Assembly (NCBI GenBank): GCA_963818475.1
Contig: CAWFSF010000005.1
Coordinates: 96,001 to 160,000, forward strand
Direction: 5' to 3'
Length of the DNA: 64,000 nt
Origin: Nitrospirota bacterium
GTDB lineage: Bacteria; Nitrospirota; UBA9217
Shown here: positions 18,011-27,806 of the stretch, one piece after another
Numbering within the stretch: position 1 is the stretch's first letter
Layout of the letters: each line of letters opens with the position of its first letter
Notes under the pieces: generated by a model
The model's database searches: none
What the model saw: the letters and a program-made list of their open reading frames with translations, nothing else
What the model was told of the DNA's origin: nothing
Made by a program: the position numbers and the translations under genes

Positions 18011-20759
18011 CTACTGGTACGTTATAACAAGCTTCGGCGCTTTGGTCGCCGACACGTCGTACGCCCTGGCGGTCCGCTTGCCGGTGCCGGTGACGATGAA
18101 GGCCATGGCGTTGTTCTGCGCCCAGCCCGTACGGTTCACGATTTCCTGGACGATCGTCTTCAGGTCCGGGGTCCGCTGGTCCGCGCCCGCGGCGTCCACG
18201 GTGTTCCAGGCAACCGGGCTCCAGGCTACGGAGGCGGTCGTTTTGGCACGGGAGGAGACGTTGTAGGCCGCCGTGGTGAAGGTGGCCGCATTGTCCGCGG
18301 CCTGGCCCTTGATGGTCAGGCTCGTGGCGGTGGAGCCGGTCTCGTCCACGGTGAACTGGATGTAGGCATTGGTGATGGTCTTGCCCTTCGGCACGTTCAC
18401 ATTGGTGAAGCGCATGCCGACGTACTGGTTGCCGGTCGTGGAGGAGTCATAGACCAGTTCCAGGTCGCTGCTGTTGTTGTACATCGTGCCGCCGGTCTGG
18501 CGCTCTTCCACGTCGTCATTGCTTGTGTTCACCTGGGAGTTTACGGTGACGGGCGTGGAAGCGCTGGGCGTGGCGGACGCCTGGTTGGAGTTGCCGCTTT
18601 CACCGTTGGCGTTCACGGCGGACACGACATAGTAATAGGTCGTACCGTTGGTCAGGCCGGTGTTGACATAGGTCACGGCGGTCACGCCGGTGGCCACGGT
18701 CGTGTAAGGTCCGCCGCTCACGGTGGCGCGCTTGACGCTGTAGCTCGTTGCGCCGGAGGACGCGGTCCAGGAAAGGCTGACCTGTCCGTTGCCCGCGGTC
18801 GCGGCGAGGCCCGTGGGGGCAACCGGTGGGGCAGGCGCGGTCGGCGTGGCCGAGGCCTGGTTGGAGTTGCCGCTCTCGCCGTTGGCGTTCACGGCGGTCA
18901 CGACGTAGTAATAGGTCGTGCCGTTCGTGAGGCCCGTGTTCGTGACGTTCGTCGAGGTCACGCCCGCCGCCACGGTCGTGTACGGCCCGCCGCTCACGGT
19001 GCTGCGTTTTACGTTGTAGCTCGTTGCGCCGAAGGAGGCAGTTCCAGGAAAGGTTCACCTGGGCATTGCCCGCAGTCGCGGTGAGGCCCGTGGGAGCCGC
19101 GGGAACGGACGCGCCGTGGGTCACGGTAATCGTATCGACCACCGTGCCGTCGGTCTTTTTGGCTTTCATGGTCATGGTGTTGCCGTTGATGTCGAAGGAG
19201 CAATAGCTCAATCCGCTGTAGCCCGCAACAACGTTGGGCTGCCCCATATCGACGGCATAGAGCGGCGCGCCGCCGCCGCCGTCGGTGATGTGCGGAATAT
19301 TATTTACCATGGCGCGGACATAGTTGTGGTTGTGGCCCGTCAGGACCATATCGACCCCGTACTGGAGAACGAGGGGCTGGATGACGTTCTGGACCGTGGT
19401 GTTGTTGGCGTGGGTGCCCGCGGCCCAGCCCGGCTCGTGGATCAGGATGATCTTCCAGGGCTTGGTCGTCGTGGCGAGATCGTTGACGAGCCAGTTGTAC
19501 TGCGCGGTGCCGGAGGTGTAGCCGCCGCCCGTGTACTGGTCTACCACGCTCACGTGGAGCGGGCCGTAATCAAAGGACCAATAGGCGCCTGCCGTATACG
19601 GGTAAGGATAGTACTTCGCATAGTAGGTGCCGGTGCCCTCGTGGTTGCCCTTGACCCCGTTGATGGGGGTCTCGGCCAAAAGTGCGCGGGTCTGCGGGTT
19701 CGCGTTGAACCACTCAGACGTCCAGGCGGATTCGGCGTCGCTCGAGACCCAGTCCCCGACCTGCAGGGTCAGGCTCTGGAACGCGGGGTCCGTTGCGTAT
19801 TCCGCGCGCATCCGGTTAATGACCTGTTCCATGCTCGCCGGGTTGGACCGGGTGTCGCCGAAGGCGAGGAACTTCACCGCCGTTGCGCTTGCGGCCGGCG
19901 CGGCCACGAACGAGCCCGTGCCGTAGACGGTCCCGCCCGCGGTGGCTGATACCTGGTAGTAATACTTGGTGGAAGGCGTTAAGCCCGTGATGGCGTACTT
20001 GTGCTGGTGGCTGGAGCCGTACTCCGCCACGTTGGCGCTGCCCATGGTGTAATTCGTGTCCTGGTCCACCACGGTGAAGTGGACCGGGCCGTAGTCAAAG
20101 GACCAGTAGAAGTTGGCTGCATAGGGATAGGGATAGTACTTCTTATAATATGTGCCGGTCCCTTCGTGGTTGCCCTTGACGCCGTTGATGGGGGTTTCGG
20201 CAAACAGAGCACGCGTCTGCGGGTTCGCATTGAACCACTCCGCGGTCCAGGCGGATTCGGCGTCACTCGAAACCCAGTCTCCGGCCTGCAGGACAAGGCC
20301 CTGGTATGCGGGGTCCGAAGCGTATTCCGCGCGCATCTTCGTGACCACTTTTTCCATGTCCGACGGTGTGGAGCGGGTATCCCCGAAGGCGAGGAACTTC
20401 ACAGCCGTGGCCGTGGCTGCCGGAGCGGTAACAAACGACCCGGAGCCGTACACGGTCCCGCCTGCGGTGGAGATAACCTGGTAATAATACTTGGTATCCG
20501 GCTGTAGGCCGGTGATGGCGTACTTGTGCTGGTTGCTGGTGCCGTACTCCGCGACGTTCGCGCTTCCCAGGCTGTAGCTGGTGTCCGTGCCCCACTTGAT
20601 CACGTTCGTTTCCGTCGCGTTGTCCTGCCAGAGCACGGTCATTGCCGCGTTCGTGTTTTCATAGATCAGGTAAGGCACTTTGGTTATGCCGGCAAAGGCC
20701 GCCGTAGTGCATAACAAAAAGACCAGTAAAACTCCGATGCTTCTTTTTAGTACATTCAT
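18011..20759 (-). CDS. Secreted calcineurin-like/purple-acid-phosphatase-type metallophosphoesterase with a duplicated module, two FN3 repeats and a C-terminal beta domain (frameshift near 19040)
   Basis: Signal peptide; GDTR, GDWV and GNHE each twice; IHEP and GHNH once; two APTGL.ATAGN.QV.LSW FN3 repeats; SNDDVEE..SSDLEL domain. Confidence 0.88.
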
Positions 20760-20913
20760 AATTCCTCCTTTTTCAGGTCGTTGCGACCCGGAATGAGAGA
20801 AGTTGCATGCAGCGACCTCTCCTGCTTCAAAATCTGACTGCAAAGAAATGTGAGAAGCACCTCCTTTTCTGGCCATCCGATTTCGCCGACGCGTGGCTGC
20901 GTTATTCATGATT

Positions 20914-21200
20914 GTGTGCGACGCTTCGCTTTTGGTCGGACCATTCGGGGCCGTTCGGCTTCTTATGGCAGTCTGATTCAGCTCTTGCGGGCTTAGTCCT
21001 CGCCAAGCCCTGGACCCTGCCGGGATATTCTTGTAGCAGGCTGTGCAATCGGTCTTGACTTCATGCACGTGATGAGCGTGATAAAAGACTACCTTGCCGT
21101 TTTTGGCGGGAACTCCCTGTGATCACCGGCAGCTTCAGCAAAGAAAGCGCCCGAAAATGTCGCTATGCCGCGATCACCACAATAAATCCGGGAAGCACTA
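20914..21200 (-). pseudogene. Decayed triheme cytochrome c7 (PpcA-like) gene
   Basis: Multi-frame translation gives signal peptide, FPAKNGKVVFYHAHH, DCTACY, GED*ARKS*IDCHKK and GPTKSEASH; in-frame stops and heme-motif substitutions. Confidence 0.7.
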
Positions 21201-21237
21201 TTATGCTTGCGCGAATGGTTCTTTAGCCTTGAGTCGG

Positions 21238-21291
21238 AGGATACAGGAGAATTGTTACTGGAGTATGAAGGAAAAATGAAATTACCATTAA
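21238..21291 (-). promoter_or_regulatory. Pho-box promoter (c7 remnant/phosphatase/HupE unit)
   Basis: gttac 21254, atgaa 21265, atgaa 21276, attaa 21287; TATCCT 10 nt downstream. Confidence 0.78.
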
Positions 21292-21412
21292 ACTTTCGCC
21301 GGGAGCTGAGGGATAGTAATCCACGGTGGCTGAACGTGTAGGGTCAATCGCTGCGGCAGAGAATCCCCCGGCTCCCACCGGGGAGGCCTGCAAGTAGTCG
21401 CGGGCGGCTGCG

Positions 21413-21493
21413 TTATGGGAGGGGGTCGAGGCCTATGAGCAGTCCCGCCGCGGTCAGGAGATATTCAATTGCTTTTAGGATCGTCTTGCTCAT
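21413..21493 (-). CDS. 26-aa small protein, paralog of 11241-11339 (possibly truncated)
   Basis: MSKTILKAIEYLLTAAGLLIGLDPLP; GAGG RBS. Confidence 0.6.
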   Translation of the reverse strand: MSKTILKAIEYLLTAAGLLIGLDPLP

Positions 21494-21528
21494 GTGAGTT
21501 CCTCTTTGAGATGAGCGGGCACTGCGCC

Positions 21529-21804
21529 TCAGGCGGCCGCCCCGACCTGCATCATGGTCCTTCCAGGCAGTTTCCTGTCCGCCGGGCGGCGGCATTCGAG
21601 CACAAGCGTTTTGACCGCCTGCTCGATCTCGTCCGGCCGGAGCTGCCGCTCCGGCGTCATTTTTAATACCGATTTTTTCATGCGCTCTTCGAACGTTTCT
21701 CCGCCCTCGATGGTGTCATGGTCCACGATCGTCACGTAGAGCGGCTCGGTGTAATACACGTCGGCTACGACGCCGCTTTCAATCTTGATTATGATATGGT
21801 TCAT
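21529..21804 (-). CDS. Hypothetical 91-aa protein, copy B
   Basis: Paralog of 10715-10990; RBS AGGAGG. Confidence 0.85.
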   Translation of the reverse strand: MNHIIIKIESGVVADVYYTEPLYVTIVDHDTIEGGETFEERMKKSVLKMTPERQLRPDEIEQAVKTLVLECRRPADRKLPGRTMMQVGAAA

Positions 21805-21848
21805 GATCTCCTCCTTTGATTTCCTGATGCCTGTCTACTATGTTCTCC

Positions 21849-21902
21849 AGTGTACAGGAAGAGTATGACCCCAGTATGAAGAAGGGATGAAGTTTTTATT
21901 AA
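21849..21902 (-). promoter_or_regulatory. Pho-box promoter (91-aa copy B)
   Basis: atgac 21865, atgaa 21876, atgaa 21887, attaa 21898; TACACT 10 nt downstream. Confidence 0.75.
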
Positions 21903-23194
21903 ATCTTCGATCTGCTCTGGATCAGGTAGGCATAGTAGGTCGCGGCGCTCGTCGGGTAACGCTTGAGCGTTTTGAAATCGACCTTGTAGAGGCCGAACCG
22001 GGAATCGAGCCCCTGGAGCCATTCGTAGTTGTCGATGAGGGTCCAGTAGAAATATCCCCGGACGTCAAGTCCCTCTTTCAGGCAGCGCTCTATGACATCC
22101 ACGTGCTGCTTCATGTACCTGACCTTCATTTCGGTATCATGCGTCGCAATGCCGTTCTCGGTGATGATGAGCGGCAGATTGAGTCGTGAGGCGTAGCGGA
22201 GCACCTTGGCCAGGCCGCGGGGATGCACTTCCCACCCGATATTGGTAAGACCGTGACCGTCGATGTCCCGATGCCGGAGTTCAACGCCCATTTTTTTCAA
22301 AGGATTGAACCGGAGATGGATGCGCGTATAGTAGTTCACGCCGAAAAAGTCGAGCTTGTCCTTGATCGGGACCTCGATCTCCACTGCGCGGGAAAAAGGG
22401 AATTTGATAATGAAGACGCCGGTCTGAAATGCGTTGATGATCGAATGATTGTAGAAGAAGTTCGCCGACTTCTTCAGGAGCCGGTCGAGGGGGTTCCATT
22501 TTTTCCAGGGAGCGAACACGGACATGTTATGCGCGATACTAACCTGTGCCTCGGGGACGTAACGGTGGATGATGTCATAGGCCTTGCCGTGGCAGGTGAA
22601 TATATTTTTAAGCGCGACCAGGGAGCGGGGAACGTCCCGCAGACCCGGCGGTGTGCATCCGTCAAGGTACCCGCCGATCAGGATGACATAGGGCTCGTTG
22701 AACGTGATCCAGTATTTTACGCTCCTGAGCGTTGAGACCATCTTCTCGGTGAAGCGCAAGAATTTTTCAATCGATGCGGTCCGATGCCAGGGACTTCGCT
22801 CCTGGAACCATCTGGGGTGCGTAAAATGATGGAGCGTGACCATGGGTTCGATGTTGTAGCTTCGCAGGATGTCGATGATCTCCTGGTAATGCGCGATGGC
22901 CTCTTCATCCCAGGTGTCCGGCCGCGGCTGGATCCTGCTCCATTCGATGGAGAAGCGATAGGAATTTACGCCTAATTCCTTCAGGAGCTTGAGGTCCTCC
23001 CTGAAAACGGCATAGTGGTTCGTTATTTCCGGGACATCGCTTAATACCGGGTCCCAGGTTGACCAGTCAGCGTTCCGAGAGCCTTCGAGCTGAAAGGCGG
23101 ATGTCGCAACTCCCCACTGAAAGTTTTCCGGAAAAGCCGGTTTCCTCGTTATCACAGGCATCTCGATGCCCCTGTCTCCCCCGGTTATTGCCAA
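21899..23194 (-). CDS. Glycoside hydrolase family 1 (beta-glucosidase-like)
   Basis: WGVATSAFQLEG, catalytic TFNEP and ITENG, DNYEW. Confidence 0.93.
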   Translation of the reverse strand: MAITGGDRGIEMPVITRKPAFPENFQWGVATSAFQLEGSRNADWSTWDPVLSDVPEITNHYAVFREDLKLLKELGVNSYRFSIEWSRIQPRPDTWDEEAIAHYQEIIDILRSYNIEPMVTLHHFTHPRWFQERSPWHRTASIEKFLRFTEKMVSTLRSVKYWITFNEPYVILIGGYLDGCTPPGLRDVPRSLVALKNIFTCHGKAYDIIHRYVPEAQVSIAHNMSVFAPWKKWNPLDRLLKKSANFFYNHSIINAFQTGVFIIKFPFSRAVEIEVPIKDKLDFFGVNYYTRIHLRFNPLKKMGVELRHRDIDGHGLTNIGWEVHPRGLAKVLRYASRLNLPLIITENGIATHDTEMKVRYMKQHVDVIERCLKEGLDVRGYFYWTLIDNYEWLQGLDSRFGLYKVDFKTLKRYPTSAATYYAYLIQSRSKI

Positions 23195-23281
23195 TAAAGG
23201 ACCATGAGCAGAAGTCCTGCCAGGGAAGCTGCGAAAATGAGAATTTCCTCGATTCTTTCAGGAAGCTGCTTCTGTATATTG

Positions 23282-23707
23282 TTATGCATGGGTCACCTCT
23301 TTGGTATCACTGCATTTTTCCGGTGAAAATACTACCGCAAGCGTCCGGATACCGCCGATCACCAGGATCAGGGCCGCGAGCGCCATGATCATGCCCGCCT
23401 CCAGCTTGTGCTGATAGAGCCCGACCATGATCTCGCGCAGGACAAAGACCAGCGCCGCGTCGGTGATGAAGGTGATCTTGAGCCGGTGCACGGTGAAGTA
23501 TTCTATGAGGCTCCTGAGCAGTTCTATCACGATGAACATGGAAAGAATATTCGTTACGATCATGTCAAAAGCGGCAGCCAATGTCTGACTTCCAAACACC
23601 GCACGAAGGTCGAGAATGACCCGGGCGATGCCCATCAAAAGAGCAAGGATCACGATCGGGATCATGAATTTGATCATGCTGTCGACGATCTTGCTAAAGT
23701 ATTTCAT
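23282..23707 (-). CDS. Phosphate-starvation-inducible PsiE family membrane protein
   Basis: 4 TM helices; IELLRSL.EY and ALVFVLREIMV motifs. Confidence 0.85.
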   Translation of the reverse strand: MKYFSKIVDSMIKFMIPIVILALLMGIARVILDLRAVFGSQTLAAAFDMIVTNILSMFIVIELLRSLIEYFTVHRLKITFITDAALVFVLREIMVGLYQHKLEAGMIMALAALILVIGGIRTLAVVFSPEKCSDTKEVTHA

Positions 23708-23732
23708 GGGTTTTGTCCTTTTCAAAAAGTGT

Positions 23733-23757
23733 GGGACGGGCTGATAAGGCCCGTCCC
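23733..23757. terminator. Hairpin between porin and psiE
   Basis: gggacgggc-tgataag-gcccgtccc. Confidence 0.55.
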
Positions 23758-23800
23758 CAGGAGGTGGGACGATGAAGCCGGATACGCTGCTGTGATGGCG

Positions 23801-24969
23801 TTAGAAGCTGTAATTGACGCCGAACGGAGAGTACCGCCGGGTCTAAACCGGCAGCCGGCGCATACGCTCCACCAGCGCCGCCCTGACCCAGACCGTAGGT
23901 GGCACCAGCGTCGTTTTTCGTGGCTGCGTACAGAATATATGCAGACGGTGCGCTTGGTAGAAGGCATGGTCCACTCCGACAGCCATGAACGTTGCGGCTC
24001 GTTTCTGCGACCGAATCGCCGTCGTCGGCGATGCCGAATGCGAGCTTGATGGTTTCCTTACCGAGTTTCTGGCTCACCGCAAGGTACATGGCGTCGCGGG
24101 TGATCGCTGAAGCAGCGGTGTCATCTTTGAGGGTCTCGAAGACGAACCCTATCTTCGTGCCGAAACCGATGGTGTAGCCCGCACCGAGTCTGGCGCCCGT
24201 AACCTCTTTACCAGCGACGTCCCAGGTGGCTACGCCGTTCTTGTGACTTTCAGCCGCCAGAGCGATTGCCAGGGCGCCTGCTTTAAAGACAGCCGAGGCG
24301 GAAACGAGGCGCGCGTCCGCGGTGGTGTTTGCAGTTTCCGATCCGGACTGTGACGTGGCCGCGCTGATCTGCAAGCCTCCCCAGGAGGGAGAAGAATAGG
24401 CGATCACGTCCTTGGGCCGAAGTTCGAAGTTCGATGCTCCGTTGACGTTGCCGATGATCGCATTGTAGTCGGCCATGGAATCGCCGAAGGGATCGAACTG
24501 GCCGGTCGCCGTCTTGTAAGGAGTGTCATGGGTGCCGAGGATCAGCATGCCCAAGCTCATCCGATTTCAGGCCGACATAGCTGTTGCGCAGCCCGATGCT
24601 GTTCACGCTCGTCGTGCTGACCGCGCCGGTCGTCGTATTGGTTACGCCCGTTGCTACGGTCGTGGTCGTGCCGTCCACGTTGACGCCCAGTTCCAGCTGG
24701 TACACGGCGGAAAATCCATCGTTCAGTTCCTCCGCACCCTTGAAGCCTAAGCGCGACGAGTTGCTGGAGACCCTGCTCAGGCTGGTGTCCGCCCCCGCCG
24801 CTTTGCTGCCGGTGTCTATCAGGTCGACGGACAGCTTGGCCGCGCCGTAAACCTGTAGGGTGCCGGTTGGAGACGCTTTTTCAACATCCACTATTTCGTG
24901 CGCCGCAAAAACCGGGGAACCGAAACTGCTTACCGCTACTACCGCTAACGCTGCTAAAACCTTTTTCAT
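23801..24969 (-). CDS. Gram-negative porin (several frameshifts)
   Basis: SNSSRLGFKGAEELNDG, RNSYVGL, HDTPYK and C-terminal GVNYSF. Confidence 0.85.
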
Positions 24970-25068
24970 TTTGTACCCTCCGTGATCTATGATTATTCCG
25001 TTTAATACGGAAGTGCTCCCCTGCGAACGCGACCACCATACGACACGTCGCGCTTTTGCATGGAGGGT

Positions 25069-25122
25069 AACTTACTCTCTCTGTGTTACATCAGTATGTC
25101 GACTTGGTTAAACCTTCGTGAA
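25069..25122 (-). promoter_or_regulatory. Pho-box promoter (porin-psiE-GH1)
   Basis: gttac 25085, atgtc 25096, gttaa 25107, gtgaa 25118; TAAGTT 10 nt downstream. Confidence 0.78.
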
Positions 25123-25325
25123 ATATTATCAAGAGCGATTCAGAAACGGAGAAGGATATTTAGCGGTCTTTAAAGTAGCGAAGCTTTTTCGGAGGCGTAG
25201 CATGGAATCCATATGAGAGAATCGCATGAACTGTTGTTTCAAACAGGAGAGGGAAGGTTTCGGAATCTAGGCCAAAGGTCAGCTTTTGCTATATGTCTAA
25301 TGCGGTATCCTGCGCAATCCCTCGG

Positions 25326-26042
25326 CTATCTGCCTTCTTTCAGTCTTTCAGCAAAATAGACCGGCAAACCGCTGCCAGTTATTGCCGCGGCGACTTTTTC
25401 GACATCGTAGGCAACGCGGATGAAGTCCACCTTCACTCCTGCCGGTGTTATCTCTATGAGCGTAAAGCATGCTCTCGGATCGCCATCCTTCGGTTTTCCG
25501 ACGCTCCCGGCATTGATAAATGTTTTCCCAATGAACTCTTTTTTGTAAGGCTTATGGGTATGGCCGTAGATCAGAATGTCCGCGTCCGTTTTTGACGCCA
25601 TCTCAAGAAAGAACTTCTCCGGCCTATCCTCAAACCAGTAGAGGTTGTTCTTACGCGGCGTTGCATGAAACAACAGTATCTTCCTGCCTTCGGCGCTGAA
25701 CTGTATCTCCGCCGGCAAATTTTTCATATAGTCCCTGCTTTTCGGTGATGCGTGGTTCTTCGTCCAGACAAAGGACAGGTGCGCCATCTCCTCCTGCACA
25801 GGCTCCTCGGCTTTGCAGCCGCAATGTTCCCGATCGTGCGCCACTGCCTCGTCGTAATTGCCCTGAACGCCTTCGATGCCGTGCTCGATCATGAAATCAA
25901 CGACGTCATTCACAAAAGGCGCGTAACCGCCGAGATCGCCGAGATGATACAATCTGTCAACGTGTATCGCCTTTGCCGAATCATAGACGGCTTTGAGCGC
26001 CTCTATATTTCCATGAACATCGCCGAGTATCCCGATTATCAT
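25326..26042 (-). CDS. Metallophosphoesterase (MJ0936/YfcE-like) with CGC motif
   Basis: GDVHGN, GDLGG, GNYD, GHTH and NAGSVGKP motifs. Confidence 0.9.
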   Translation of the reverse strand: MIIGILGDVHGNIEALKAVYDSAKAIHVDRLYHLGDLGGYAPFVNDVVDFMIEHGIEGVQGNYDEAVAHDREHCGCKAEEPVQEEMAHLSFVWTKNHASPKSRDYMKNLPAEIQFSAEGRKILLFHATPRKNNLYWFEDRPEKFFLEMASKTDADILIYGHTHKPYKKEFIGKTFINAGSVGKPKDGDPRACFTLIEITPAGVKVDFIRVAYDVEKVAAAITGSGLPVYFAERLKEGR

Positions 26043-26068
26043 ACCTCTTCACCCTTACCATTCACGCT

Positions 26069-27806
26069 TCAACCTTCAACCTTGATTTTTACCTTCGTGC
26101 CCTTTTCCGGCCAGCTCTCGATCTGCATCTCCCAGGCGTGGGCCTTTACCAGGTGCTTGACGATGGCCAGGCCGAGGCCGGTGCCGCCCATCTTCCGTGA
26201 TCGTGCTGTATCCACGCGGTAAAACCGTTCCCCAATGCGCGGCAGATGTTTTTCCGGGATCCCGACGCCGCTGTCTTCGACGTACAGACAGGGTTTGCCG
26301 TTCTCTATGCGAAAGCCGATCGTCACGCCGCCTGTTTCCGTGAATTTTATTGCATTATCGACGAGGTTCGTGAGTATCTGGATCAGCTTGTCCCGATCAG
26401 CAAAGAGCTTGATATGTTCCGCGGGGAAATCGGTTTTCAGATACAGCTTCTTTTCAGCAGCCTTGGGCCTCAGCAGCACGAGAACATGTTCGGTCGCATC
26501 GGAGAGATCCACCTCAGTTCGCTCTATTCTGGCGACGCCGAGTTCGATCTTGGAGATCGTCATCAGGTCGTCCACCAGGCTGTTGATCCGTTCGCTGTTC
26601 GCCTTGATGATCTTCAGGAATTTCTCGGCGTGCTCCGTATCATGCAAGGCGCCTTCCAGCAGGGTTTCGGAAAACCCCTTGATCGCGGTTATGGGCGTCT
26701 TTATCTCGTGCGATATGTTCGCCACAAAATCCTTGCGGGTCTGCTCCAGCTTCTTGAGCTGCGTGATGTCATGCAAGATGACGACAAAACCGGACAGGTC
26801 CTTTTCCACGTCGGTGAGCGGCGAAACCCTCGCGGAAAAATATCGTTCCTCCGGATGATCAAGCCGCAGTTCGCCGACGCCGGGCGTAAGGTTCTTGCGC
26901 GCTTCTTCCATGAGCGAGAGGAATAAGGGGTTACGGATGACCTCGAACACCTGTTTCCCCATCACTTCGCCGAAATAATGCCGTGATGCGGAGCTTGCCA
27001 GCTGGATCGCGCCGTTCGATTCGAGTATCATAAGAACATCGGGAATGCTTCGCAGGATCTCGTTGAGCCGTTTTCTTTCTCCTTCGTTCACAGCAATACT
27101 GTTTTGCAGCTCCGCCGACATCGTATTCAGACTTTCGGCTATCTCGTCAAACTCCCCGGCACGGTCAAGATACAGTTTCTTCCCGATCAGGCCGCCCGCA
27201 AGAGAACGCGAGAAATCCCCGATCTGCTTCGTCAGTCTTCTGATGCGCTCCAGCTGTCCGATTGAGAACAGGCCCGTCGCAAGCAGGATCGCGATGACGA
27301 CCGCGATGATCTTGAACCTGAGGGCGTTGATCGAGGCATTTACCTGTTTAAGCTGCATGCTGAGCCGGACAATTCCAACGGGAAGGCCTGCACGCGTTAT
27401 CCGCTTCGCAACATAGAGCAGGTCGTCGTGCAGGGTATCGCTGTAGCGGGTAGACATGCCCGTGCCGTACAGGAGGGACTGCTGGATCTCAGGGCGGGCC
27501 GCGTGATTGTCCATAAGGGATGATTCCGTGTCTGAGTCCCCGAGAACCCGTCCGTCGAGGTCGATTACGGTCACCCGGAGACCGGTCTGCTCCTTGAATT
27601 GCTTTGCAGAGACTGTCGAGAGGGGGTTGGGCATCGAACGGTATGTCATTGGAAATGAGTGTTGCCTGAGAAAGGAGGTGCTCCCGAAGATCATTGATAT
27701 GGCTGCTTCGCACGGTATCGGTAATAAAGAATTCGACAAGCACGATCGTAACAAGCATCATGACAGCATACAGTATGACGATCCGCCCGAAGAGGTGTTG
27801 TTTCAT
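26069..27806 (-). CDS. phoR: Phosphate regulon sensor kinase (frameshift near 27620)
   Basis: TM-MDNH..RPE periplasmic domain-HAMP-PAS; RKDFVANISHEIKTP; ERFYRVDTARSRKMGGTGLGL. Confidence 0.9.

Noticed and set aside
17894-19949. Long plus-strand ORFs (396 aa and 277 aa) and similar antisense ORFs throughout
   Set aside because: Shadow ORFs of high-GC minus-strand genes; no motifs recognised.
20760-21068. N-terminal extension of the 822-aa phosphatase ORF
   Set aside because: The real start is at 20759 (AGGAGG RBS, signal peptide). The upstream frame runs through the c7 remnant.
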